Shown one piece after another: positions 37,487 to 45,972 of a DNA stretch of 64,000 nucleotides. Made by a program: the position numbers and the translations under genes. Numbering within the stretch: position 1 is the first letter of the stretch; every line of letters begins with the position of its first letter. Below the pieces are notes generated by a model that did not search any database, was not told where the DNA came from, and saw only the letters and a program-made list of their open reading frames with translations. The stretch comes from Sphaerochaetaceae bacterium (GTDB taxonomy: Bacteria; Spirochaetota; Spirochaetia; Sphaerochaetales; Sphaerochaetaceae), in NCBI GenBank assembly GCA_963677735.1, contig OY782505.1, positions 3,192,770 through 3,256,769 on the forward strand, given 5' to 3'.

Positions 37487-38956
37487 ATGTCAAAAAAGAA
37501 TATTGTATATATTTTATCTGATCAGCATAACTCAGCAATAATGGCAAATGCTGGAGATGAATATATAAGGACTCCTAATATTGATAGTATCTTTGAAAAA
37601 GGTACTTCTCTTGAAAATTGTTATTGTGCCTCTCCTTTATGTGTACCAAGCAGATCCGCAATTCTAAGTGGATTACTTCCCACTTCAACTGGTGTTTATA
37701 ATAATATGCAGAGTCTATCGACTTGTAAGGCTACTTTTGTAAACTCATTAACCGTTGGAGGTTATGAAACTGTATTAAGTGGTAGAATGCACTTCGTTGG
37801 TTGGGATCAACGTCATGGTTTTGAAAAACGTTTTGTAGGTGATATTACACCATGCTTCGTTGGAGCCGATAACGAGAGAGAAATCTATGGTGACTTTATG
37901 AGAAGTTCTGGTCAAAATAGAATATCAATTGAGAAATCAGGAGCAGGACATTCTGCAGTTTTAGATTTTGATAGGGATGTTGTAGATAGTGCTTGTAACT
38001 ATTTAAAAGAAAGAACAGATGAACGACCTTTGTTTATGACAGTTGGTTTTTATGGACCACATTGTCCTTATGTAGCACCAAAAGAACTTTTTGATTACTA
38101 TTATGAAAAATTACCTGAAATACCATTTTTTGATTTAGAAGAGAAAGCTAAAATGCATCCAGCCATTCAAAAGTGGTATGAAAATAGAAATCTTGAAGAA
38201 ATAACACCTGAAGATGTTAGACGTATTAGAGCAGCTTATTATTCTCTTGTTGAAATGCTAGATGGATACGTTGGCGAGATATTAAAAACTGTTGAAGATA
38301 CAATTGGTCTAAAAGATACAATTATCATTTATGGTTCAGATCATGGTGATAATATTGGAGAGCATGGTTTATTCTGGAAAACTAACTTCTATGAAGGTGC
38401 TTCAAAAGTACCTATGGTATTTTTAAATGAAGAACTTTTTGAGGCTGGAAAAAGTATCAAAGCAAATACATCCTTATTAGATGTTGCTCCAACAATCATA
38501 GACTTAGCTATGACTCCTCAATTGCCAAAATATGATGGTATTAGTTTAACTAAATATCTTCAAGGCAATGAAGTTTTAGATGAAGAGAGACCAATTATTT
38601 CTATTTGTAGCGATATTAAAGGCGATATGCCAAGCGCTATGTTACGAAAAGGCAAATTCAAACTTATTGCTCACGCTGGGTATGAAGATTTTCAATTATT
38701 TGATTTAGAAAAAGATCCAAATGAACAAATCGACTTAGGCTGTAATGATGAGTATAAAGATATTATAAAAAAATTAAGCGAAGAACTATTTTCTTTTTGG
38801 GATTCTAAAGAAGCTGAAAAACAATTAGCAGATAGCAAAATCCATTTTCAATTGATGAAAGATTGGTTCAATATTACAAAACCAGAAATAATTGAAGAAT
38901 GGAGAGGTGATTCATCAAGAAATTATCTTTGTAATTTTCAAGATACTAATAAATAA
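37487..38956 (+). CDS. Cys-type sulfatase (choline-sulfatase-like), no signal peptide
   Basis: I chose ATG 37487 (MSKKNIVYILSDQHN) with an AAGGA RBS; the ORF track opens at 37466. C-x-P-x-R signature in SPLCVPSRSAILSG. YGSDHGDNIGEHG block. Confidence 0.85.
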   Translation: MSKKNIVYILSDQHNSAIMANAGDEYIRTPNIDSIFEKGTSLENCYCASPLCVPSRSAILSGLLPTSTGVYNNMQSLSTCKATFVNSLTVGGYETVLSGRMHFVGWDQRHGFEKRFVGDITPCFVGADNEREIYGDFMRSSGQNRISIEKSGAGHSAVLDFDRDVVDSACNYLKERTDERPLFMTVGFYGPHCPYVAPKELFDYYYEKLPEIPFFDLEEKAKMHPAIQKWYENRNLEEITPEDVRRIRAAYYSLVEMLDGYVGEILKTVEDTIGLKDTIIIYGSDHGDNIGEHGLFWKTNFYEGASKVPMVFLNEELFEAGKSIKANTSLLDVAPTIIDLAMTPQLPKYDGISLTKYLQGNEVLDEERPIISICSDIKGDMPSAMLRKGKFKLIAHAGYEDFQLFDLEKDPNEQIDLGCNDEYKDIIKKLSEELFSFWDSKEAEKQLADSKIHFQLMKDWFNITKPEIIEEWRGDSSRNYLCNFQDTNK

Positions 38957-38971
38957 TAATAGGAAGAGATT

Positions 38972-39973
38972 ATGAGAATACAATATAAAGACTTAGAAGC
39001 AGAGTTCAAAAGAGTTTTGTTAACTAGAGGTTTAAATGAAAAAAATGCAGCAGCTACTGCAACAGTTTTTGCAAAAAATAGCCTAGATGGTGTTTACTCT
39101 CACGGTGTTAATAGATTTGCAAGAGTTATTTCATATTTAGATCATGGAACAATTGAAGCAGATAATGTGGCTACTATGGAAAATTCTTTCATGGGATTTG
39201 AAAGATGGAATGGTCATAGAGGGCTTGGTCCTTTAAATGCTAATTTAGCAATGGATAGAGCTTGTGAACTTGCAAAACAATATGGTATTGGTATTGTTGC
39301 TTTAGGTAATAATAACCACTGGATGCGTGGAGGCTCATATGGCTGGCAAGCTGCTGATAATGGTTGTATAGGTATTTGTTGGTCAAACACACAACCTAAT
39401 ATGCCTGCATGGGGTGGCTTAGATAAAAAAATTGGTAACAATCCTTTTATTATGGCTGTTCCTAGACAAAATGGTGCTCATCTTGTTGTTGACTGTGCAG
39501 TATCTCAATTTTCTTATGGAAAAATAGAAGAGTTCAAAATGAAAGGTTTACAACTTCCTGTTCCTGGTGGATATGATAGTGAAGGTAATTTAACAACTGA
39601 TCCAGGTGAAATTGAAAAAAGCTGGAGAGTATTGCCAATGGGCTATTGGAAAGGTAGTGGTATTTCAATTGCTTTAGATGCGATTGCTACTGTACTTACT
39701 AATGCTAATTCTGTTCAAGAAATTGGAACATTCGGTGATGAAGTTGGTTTAACTCAAATCATGATTGCTATCGATCCTTCAAAAATGAATACACCTGAAT
39801 TAACTGATGAAATTGTATCTAAAATTGTTGAAGATATTCAAAGTTCTCAACCAATTAAGGAAGGTGGAAAAGTCTTTTATCCAGGCGAAATTGAATTAAA
39901 TACAAGACAAGATAATATCGAAAATGGGATTCCTGTTTTAGATGAAGTTTGGAATAAAATAAAAAGCTTATAA
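38972..39973 (+). CDS. dlgD: Ldh_2 family dehydrogenase, 2,3-diketo-L-gulonate reductase (YiaK/DlgD)-like
   Basis: Long collinear similarity to E. coli YiaK as I recall it: GVYSHGVNRF, NHWMRGGSYGWQAA, GICW, LPMGYWKGSG, and the end WNKIKSL versus WAKIQAL. Confidence 0.8.
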   Translation: MRIQYKDLEAEFKRVLLTRGLNEKNAAATATVFAKNSLDGVYSHGVNRFARVISYLDHGTIEADNVATMENSFMGFERWNGHRGLGPLNANLAMDRACELAKQYGIGIVALGNNNHWMRGGSYGWQAADNGCIGICWSNTQPNMPAWGGLDKKIGNNPFIMAVPRQNGAHLVVDCAVSQFSYGKIEEFKMKGLQLPVPGGYDSEGNLTTDPGEIEKSWRVLPMGYWKGSGISIALDAIATVLTNANSVQEIGTFGDEVGLTQIMIAIDPSKMNTPELTDEIVSKIVEDIQSSQPIKEGGKVFYPGEIELNTRQDNIENGIPVLDEVWNKIKSL

Positions 39974-39985
39974 AAAGGAAAATTC

Positions 39986-41002
39986 ATGAAATCAATTTGT
40001 ATAAAAAAACCAGGTGAAATATTTGAGATTGAGGTAGATACACCTCAAGCTCAACCATCAAAAGCTTTGATTAAAGTTCACGCAGCAGGTATCTGTGGAA
40101 GTGATTTAGGAGCTTTTAAAGGTACAAACAATCTTGTATCTTACCCTAGGATTATAGGGCATGAAATAGCAGGTGAAATTGTTGCTATTGATAGTGATAA
40201 TAAAAAAAATCTCAAAGTGGGGGATCGCGTAGTAGTAGATCCATACCTATACTGTGGTAACTGTTATCCTTGTTCTATAAAAAGAACTAATTGTTGTGAA
40301 GATCTAAAAGTTATTGGTGTTCATGTCGATGGTGGGATGGGGGAATATTACTTGCATCCAGATTCAATGTTGACTAAAATACCTGAAAATTTAAGTTATG
40401 AAGATGCAGTAGTATCAGAACCTTTAACAATTTCACTTCATGGTTTACATAGAGCACAATTAACAAAGGGTGAATATATTGTAATTTCTGGAGCTGGCCC
40501 AATAGGTATACTTGCAGCAATTGTTGCAAAACATTATGGTGCTGTTCCAATTGTTGTTGATATTGTTCAAGAAAGACTAGATATGGTTAAGGATATGGGT
40601 ATTGAATATACCATTAATAGTATGAAAGAAAACCCAGTAGAAAAGGTTAAAGAATACTGTAATGGACAATTAGCACAAGTATTGATGGAAGCATCAGGCT
40701 CTAATATTGCAATCAAAAATAGCTTTGATCTTGTATGTAATGCTGGAAGAGTTGTTTTAACAGGTTGGCCAAAAAATGAAACATCTATTCAAACTGGTAT
40801 TTTTACAAAAAAAGAATTAGATATTAGAGGATCAAGAACTAGTGCTGGAGAATTTGAAGAAGCTTTAGATTTAATTAACGAAGGAATTATTCCACTTGAT
40901 AAGATCATTACTAAAGTTATTTCATTAGATCAAGCTGCTGATACTGTTAGAGATATCGATAAAAATCCTGGAGATTACTTAAAAGTAATTGTAAAACTAT
41001 AA
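39986..41002 (+). CDS. Zinc-binding medium-chain alcohol/polyol dehydrogenase
   Basis: GHEIAGEIV catalytic Zn site. Structural Zn Cys cluster CGNCYPCSIKRTNCC. Rossmann ISGAGPIGIL. Confidence 0.85.
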   Translation: MKSICIKKPGEIFEIEVDTPQAQPSKALIKVHAAGICGSDLGAFKGTNNLVSYPRIIGHEIAGEIVAIDSDNKKNLKVGDRVVVDPYLYCGNCYPCSIKRTNCCEDLKVIGVHVDGGMGEYYLHPDSMLTKIPENLSYEDAVVSEPLTISLHGLHRAQLTKGEYIVISGAGPIGILAAIVAKHYGAVPIVVDIVQERLDMVKDMGIEYTINSMKENPVEKVKEYCNGQLAQVLMEASGSNIAIKNSFDLVCNAGRVVLTGWPKNETSIQTGIFTKKELDIRGSRTSAGEFEEALDLINEGIIPLDKIITKVISLDQAADTVRDIDKNPGDYLKVIVKL

Positions 41003-41102
41003 TTTAAAAATGAATAACATTGGAGTGCGAATCAAAATATTTGGGTTAAAAAGTTAATTCAAGTATAGCTACTTTATCTATACACTTCTTTGTTTTTGGG
41101 AT

Positions 41103-41141
41103 TATGTATAACTGATTTTCAATTCAAATCAGTTATACATA
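41103..41141. repeat. Perfect 16-bp inverted repeat
   Basis: TATGTATAACTGATTT-tcaattc-AAATCAGTTATACATA, 100 nt downstream of the ADH stop. No U-tract follows it. Confidence 0.6.
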
Positions 41142-41208
41142 TGACCTATAGATTTTATATATTAAAATTCATAATTCCCTAATAATACTAATTATTAAAC
41201 TTTATATA

Positions 41209-41237
41209 ATCCTAAATCAAATTAGGATATTTTTTTT
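41209..41237 (+). terminator. Rho-independent terminator for the tct-sulfatase-dlgD-adh operon
   Basis: ATCCTAA-atcaaa-TTAGGAT followed by ATTTTTTTT. Confidence 0.55.
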
Positions 41238-41380
41238 ATTTGCTTAAGATAATTATATATATAGTTGATCTAAATTTTTCTTATAATTTTATTACCAAAT
41301 AAAATTTATATTTTCTTTATTCAATGTTAATGTGTTCTAATTAAGTTCTTAATTTTATTGATTTTTATAATACTTATAGA

Positions 41381-41432
41381 ATAAAACTAAAATTAAACGG
41401 ACTGAATCCTGTAAATTACAGAAAACAATCCG
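41381..41432 (-). terminator. Rho-independent terminator for the ars operon
   Basis: The minus-strand RNA has ACGGAUUG...CAGUCCGU (8 bp including one G-U) enclosing CUGUAA-U-UUACAG. It is followed by UUAAUUUUAGUUUUAUU. Confidence 0.5.
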
Positions 41433-41502
41433 TCTAACCTAGAAGATATGTCCCAGTTTAGGGACTCACATCAAATCAAGGGGATTTTATATTTAATAGA
41501 AA

Positions 41503-41775
41503 TTAACAGCAAGAAGATGCTTCTTCATCTAGAATAGCTAATTCTCCATCTTCTACTGCAATTGTTACAGTTTCAGCTCTTTGTTTAACATCATCTTCCA
41601 TTAATACGGAAATACCATTGATTGAAGTTGCATTACTTCCATCTTCTAATTTTGCCAAGTTAAAAACAAGAGAAGTTCCACAACATGATTGTTGTACCTT
41701 AGCTTTTAGGCAGTTACAATTATTTGATGTGAATAATTCTTGAAGCATTGTTTTTGCATCGTTTGTAATTTTCAT
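41503..41775 (-). CDS. Small Cys-rich protein with vicinal cysteines and C-terminal CC (HesB-like / CC-Se motif family-like)
   Basis: 90 aa, 59 nt downstream of arsA on the same strand. Cysteines at NCNC, SCCG and the terminal SSCC. The layout is reminiscent of HesB/IscA-like single-domain proteins. Confidence 0.55.
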   Translation of the reverse strand: MKITNDAKTMLQELFTSNNCNCLKAKVQQSCCGTSLVFNLAKLEDGSNATSINGISVLMEDDVKQRAETVTIAVEDGELAILDEEASSCC

Positions 41776-41834
41776 TTTTATTACCTCTGATAAATATTTT
41801 AATTTTTAATTTTAACGTTTTAATTCGTTTTTTT

Positions 41835-43580
41835 TTAAGCTAATAAAGTTTTAAGATTCTCGCCTTTGATTTCTTCGGCTTGCCAAGCAATTACAGCAAA
41901 GTTTCCTTTAGCATGATCATCAACTTTATTTATCCATTCAATTTCATTGCTAGCTTTTGCTGATAGCATCGAATTGGTTGTTTTTGTTTGATATAGGGAA
42001 GAGTTGATAATCCACCATTTATTATTAATTTTAGCACGTTTTAAATCTGTTTCTAATCTTTTAGCTTCGTAAACAGGTGTAGCTTCAGGTAGAGTTACAA
42101 TTATTACTTCGGTTTCATCTGAATTATGAAGTCTTGGTAATAACTTTTTAGCAGATTCAGGAATATCGCCTTTAGAACGTTCAATTTCTTGATTATAGCT
42201 TTGTGTTGATTCTAAAAGTAACAATGTATGTCCTGTAGGAGCTGTATCTATTACAACAACTTCATTTTCTGCCTTTGCTACAATTTCAGCAAATGCTCTA
42301 AAGACTGCAATCTCTTGAGTACAAGGTGATCTTAAATCTTCTTCAATATAAGCTACATCTTCAGCAGACATAGTTTTTCTAGCATTAGATAAAACTTCTT
42401 CTTGATATTTTTTTAATTCTGCACCCTCATCAATATGACTCATTGTAATCCCATCGCTTTCAGAAATAACATATTTTAGATGAGCTGCTGGATCAGTTGT
42501 TGTAAGATGAACCTTTTTGCCTTTTTGAGCTAGACCTAAAGCAATAGCTGCTGCAATAGTTGTTTTTCCAACACCACCTTTACCCATGGTAAAAATAACT
42601 TTTTTGTTACTATTTGAGAGATCTTCAATAATATCTTTAAGATTAGGAATTTTTTTTGCATTTATAATTTGATCTTTTTGTATTAAGTTATCTCTGGTTA
42701 AAAGTGATCTAACATTCTCAATTCCTGTAACATTGTATCCTCTTAGAGGAACCATATATGTAACAATTGATTTTAGTTTTTCTGGCATAGCAGAAAGGGC
42801 TAATTGCTGTTTCTCATATAACCTTTGTGAAATTTCATCATCATGAGATGTCATAATACCATTTATTATAAGCAGCTGATTATTAACACCAATTTCAGAG
42901 AGTTCAATTGAAGCTCTTTCAGCTTCAACTAATGGTGCTGTTTCAGCACGTGCGACAAGCACAAGAGTAGTTAGTTTCTTATCAGACAAAGTATCTACAG
43001 CTTTTTTGTAAACTTCTTTCTTACCTTCAAGCCCAGATAGCTGTCCTAAACAAGAGGCTCCGTGAGTGCTCTCACTTATAAAATTGTCCCAAGCTGAGGG
43101 TAGTTGTAACATTCTAAGAGTATGTCCTGTTGGGGCAGTATCAAAGATGATGTTATCATATTTACTTTGAATATCTTCGTCAGTAATGAATTTAGAAAAC
43201 TCATTAAAAGCGGCTATTTCTACAGTACATGAACCTGAAAGCTGTTCTTCCATATTATTAAGTACAGAATCTGGAAGTTTACCCTTATATGGAGCAATTA
43301 CAGACTCTTTATATTCTTCAGCTGCTTTAACTGGATCTAAATTTGCAACAACAAGGTTTTCAACTTCTTTAATTGAAACGCCTTTGTTATTTAGTTCCGT
43401 ATTAAAAACATCTTGTAAATTAGATGCTGGATCAGTACTAATTAAAAGTACTTTCTTTCCATTATCAGCTAGATTAACTGCTGTAGCACAAGCTGTTGAA
43501 GTTTTTCCAACACCGCCTTTGCCTGTATAAAACATATATTTAGTTAAATTAATCTCTTGTGGATCAAAGTTTTGTATCAT
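41835..43580 (-). CDS. arsA: Arsenite-stimulated ATPase ArsA
   Basis: Two homologous halves, each with a P-loop (GKGGVGKTS, GKGGVGKTT) and the DTAPTGHTL signature. Cys residues sit in SGSCTVEIAAF, GASCLGQ and RSPCTQEIAVF, at the metalloid-site positions. Confidence 0.95.
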   Translation of the reverse strand: MIQNFDPQEINLTKYMFYTGKGGVGKTSTACATAVNLADNGKKVLLISTDPASNLQDVFNTELNNKGVSIKEVENLVVANLDPVKAAEEYKESVIAPYKGKLPDSVLNNMEEQLSGSCTVEIAAFNEFSKFITDEDIQSKYDNIIFDTAPTGHTLRMLQLPSAWDNFISESTHGASCLGQLSGLEGKKEVYKKAVDTLSDKKLTTLVLVARAETAPLVEAERASIELSEIGVNNQLLIINGIMTSHDDEISQRLYEKQQLALSAMPEKLKSIVTYMVPLRGYNVTGIENVRSLLTRDNLIQKDQIINAKKIPNLKDIIEDLSNSNKKVIFTMGKGGVGKTTIAAAIALGLAQKGKKVHLTTTDPAAHLKYVISESDGITMSHIDEGAELKKYQEEVLSNARKTMSAEDVAYIEEDLRSPCTQEIAVFRAFAEIVAKAENEVVVIDTAPTGHTLLLLESTQSYNQEIERSKGDIPESAKKLLPRLHNSDETEVIIVTLPEATPVYEAKRLETDLKRAKINNKWWIINSSLYQTKTTNSMLSAKASNEIEWINKVDDHAKGNFAVIAWQAEEIKGENLKTLLA

Positions 43581-43614
43581 TATTATCTCTCTTTGAAAAT
43601 TTTTTTTTTAGTCT

Positions 43615-43956
43615 TTATTTATTACTATCAATTTCTTCATCAATAAAATTAACAGGTAATTCTAGTAAATTTGCAAGTTCTTCATTAGTAGGGTATCTGC
43701 CGGTGATTAGAACTTCTTCATCTACTAAAGTGAAGGGCAAATTATCTACGCCATTATCATTTATCATTTTATTTACTGTTTTATTAGTCATAAACTTCAT
43801 TGGAGAAGAAGTTAAATTATATCGATTAACTTCTATCCCTTTTTTCTTTAAAGCATTGACTACAGTAGATATTCTAAGTAGCTCAGAATCAACACCAACA
43901 CCACACAGTCCTGTTGGGCAACACATAGCCGGTTCATATATAGTTATCTTTTTCAT
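43615..43956 (-). CDS. arsD: Arsenic metallochaperone/repressor ArsD
   Basis: N-terminus MKKITIYEPAMCCPTGLCG (the Cys12-Cys13-Cys18 motif). Confidence 0.9.
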   Translation of the reverse strand: MKKITIYEPAMCCPTGLCGVGVDSELLRISTVVNALKKKGIEVNRYNLTSSPMKFMTNKTVNKMINDNGVDNLPFTLVDEEVLITGRYPTNEELANLLELPVNFIDEEIDSNK

Positions 43957-43979
43957 ATAAAGTTGTACTCCTGTTCTTA

Positions 43980-45050
43980 TTATGATTTTAAAGTTTCATT
44001 TGATGGTTCTAAAAACCAATGTTTAGTATTATTTGCAATTTTAACGAGGGTTAGCATAACTGGAACTTCAACAAGTACTCCAACTATTGTAGCTAATGCA
44101 ACTGGAGAAGTTGTACCAAATAATGCGATTGCAACAGCAACTGATAATTCGAAGAAGTTGGAAGCACCAATCATACCCGCTGGAGCTGCAACATTATGTT
44201 CTAGCTTCAATACTCTTGCAGCAAAATATGCAATAAAGAATATTAAAAAGGTTTGAATTGTTAGTGGAATTGCAATTAATAATATGTGTAATGGGTTTTC
44301 TAAAATTACATCACCTTGGAAAGAAAATATAATGATTAGAGTTAATAGCAAACCAACTATAGTAATGTTGTTAAATTTGGGAATAAATGTTTCATTAAAA
44401 TATTTTTCACCTCGATTTTTTACAATTGAGATTCTAGTTAATACGCCAGCAACAAGAGGAATTACTACAAATAATACAACTGATAAGATAAGTGTATCCC
44501 ATGGCACTTGAACACCACTAACACCTAATAAGAAGGCAACAATTGGAGTAAATGCAACTAGAATAATTAAATCGTTTGTTGCAACTTGAACAACGGTATA
44601 TGCTGGGTTACCTTTTGTTAAATGACTCCATACAAATACCATAGCGGTACATGGTGCAGCTCCTAGAAGAACAGCTCCTGCTAAATAATCTTTTGCGAGA
44701 TCTGCTGGAATAATTGCTTTAAATACTACGAAAAAGAAGAAGGATGCAATAAAGTACATTGTAAAAGGTTTAATTAGCCAGTTTACTACCCAAGTTAAAT
44801 ATAATCCTTTTGGGTTCTTTCCAACGTTTTTAACACTTTGGAAATCTACTTTCATCATCATTGGATAAATCATAATCCAAATAAGAATTGCAATAGGGAT
44901 TGATACATTTGCATACTCAAATTTGCCTAAAAATTCTGGGATAGCAGGTGTAAATTTACCAATTAAAATTCCAACTACCATACATAGTGCTACCCATAAT
45001 GTTAGATACTTTTCAAAAAAACCTATATCTGCTGACTTTTTGTTGCTCAT
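43980..45050 (-). CDS. acr3: ACR3 family arsenite efflux permease
   Basis: 356 aa, 10 TMs. Conserved LGAAPCTAMV motif. N-terminus FFEKYLTLWVALCM. Confidence 0.9.
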   Translation of the reverse strand: MSNKKSADIGFFEKYLTLWVALCMVVGILIGKFTPAIPEFLGKFEYANVSIPIAILIWIMIYPMMMKVDFQSVKNVGKNPKGLYLTWVVNWLIKPFTMYFIASFFFFVVFKAIIPADLAKDYLAGAVLLGAAPCTAMVFVWSHLTKGNPAYTVVQVATNDLIILVAFTPIVAFLLGVSGVQVPWDTLILSVVLFVVIPLVAGVLTRISIVKNRGEKYFNETFIPKFNNITIVGLLLTLIIIFSFQGDVILENPLHILLIAIPLTIQTFLIFFIAYFAARVLKLEHNVAAPAGMIGASNFFELSVAVAIALFGTTSPVALATIVGVLVEVPVMLTLVKIANNTKHWFLEPSNETLKS

Positions 45051-45117
45051 ATTAAATTACTCCTTAATTAGCTTTTAGTTTCTATTTTTATTTATATTTT
45101 AATTTTTTAGTTATTTA

Positions 45118-45456
45118 TTAAATTAAACAGTTGCATAAATTTTCAGATTTACACTTTTCCATTCTTTTATTATCTTCTTTAAATGTTGATAAATCTTTTA
45201 ATTTCTCTTCAAGATATAACCAAAGTTGTTGATTTTGTTGTATAAATTCATTATTGATTTTGTAATATGACCATTGAGCTCTTTTGTAACTTTCTAAGAT
45301 TCCACTACCTTTTAGAGCAGATAGGTGACGTGATATATTCGATTGTTTTAAACCTAAACAATTTTCAAGTTCACATACGCACATATCATTCTCTAATAGA
45401 ATAGATAAAATACGAAGTCTACTTTCTTCTGCTAAAGCTTTAAATATTTCTACCAT
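45118..45456 (-). CDS. arsR: ArsR family metalloregulator
   Basis: ESRLRILSILLENDMCVCELENCLGLKQSNISRHLSALK, with the CVC metalloid site in the HTH. Confidence 0.9.
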   Translation of the reverse strand: MVEIFKALAEESRLRILSILLENDMCVCELENCLGLKQSNISRHLSALKGSGILESYKRAQWSYYKINNEFIQQNQQLWLYLEEKLKDLSTFKEDNKRMEKCKSENLCNCLI

Positions 45457-45498
45457 AATTTTATATCCTTTCTTATCTTAATATTACTATATGCTCAT

Positions 45499-45564
45499 TT
45501 ACTCATATACTTTGTTAAAAAAAATATAATTCTCATTTGTATATGAGTAATTACTCATACAAAG
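45499..45564. promoter_or_regulatory. Candidate ArsR operator: three copies of TTACTCATA(TA)C
   Basis: TTACTCATATAC at 45499-45510. Its inverse GTATATGAGTAA at 45539-45550 abuts TTACTCATACAAAG at 45551-64, forming a near-perfect palindrome. All lie within 110 nt upstream of arsR. Confidence 0.5.
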
Positions 45565-45972
45565 TATCATACAAAAAAAAATGTGTCAATTGATTTTTAA
45601 ATTATTCAAGAAAGTAATAGGAGAAAAAAACTTTAGAATTTAAGGTTTGAAGATTAATCTATTTTCATACTATCCTAAAAAAATAAAAAAATATTTAGAT
45701 TGCTAATTATAGTTTCATATAATACTATATAGCAATATTAGCAAATACAAATAGACTAAAATAAGTGATTATATTTTATACATTTGTATAATAAATAGAG
45801 GATAAAAAAACTTCATTCAAAATACATATATTTCAATATTTGTAAAAAACATGAATTAAAGTATAACAAACTAATATTATTCAATTTTTCTTTTCAAAAT
45901 TCAAACTTTTAAGAATTTGATAGGTTGCTTATGTATTTTATATTTATTAGTTTTTCATTATAGGAGTTACAG

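Noticed and set aside
41396-41432. Segment ACGGACTGAATCCTGT resembling a tRNA T-arm/3' end (possible att-site remnant flanking the ars genes).
   Set aside because: The match to GGTTCGAATCC is imperfect, and there is no matching direct repeat on the other side of the ars operon. The structure is better explained as the rho-independent terminator of the minus-strand ars operon: a nested hairpin followed by a U-tract.
43186-44511. ORFs 43186-43530, 43559-43960, 43963-44256 and 44284-44511 on the plus strand across arsA/arsD/acr3.
   Set aside because: All are antisense to canonical ars genes with diagnostic motifs. Their sequences are Ser/Leu/Thr-rich low complexity.
45931-45963. 10-codon uORF (MYFIFISFSL*) ending inside the RBS of the acyl-CoA ligase gene.
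   Set aside because: It has no convincing RBS of its own. Short ATG-initiated ORFs of this kind are expected by chance in AT-rich leaders.
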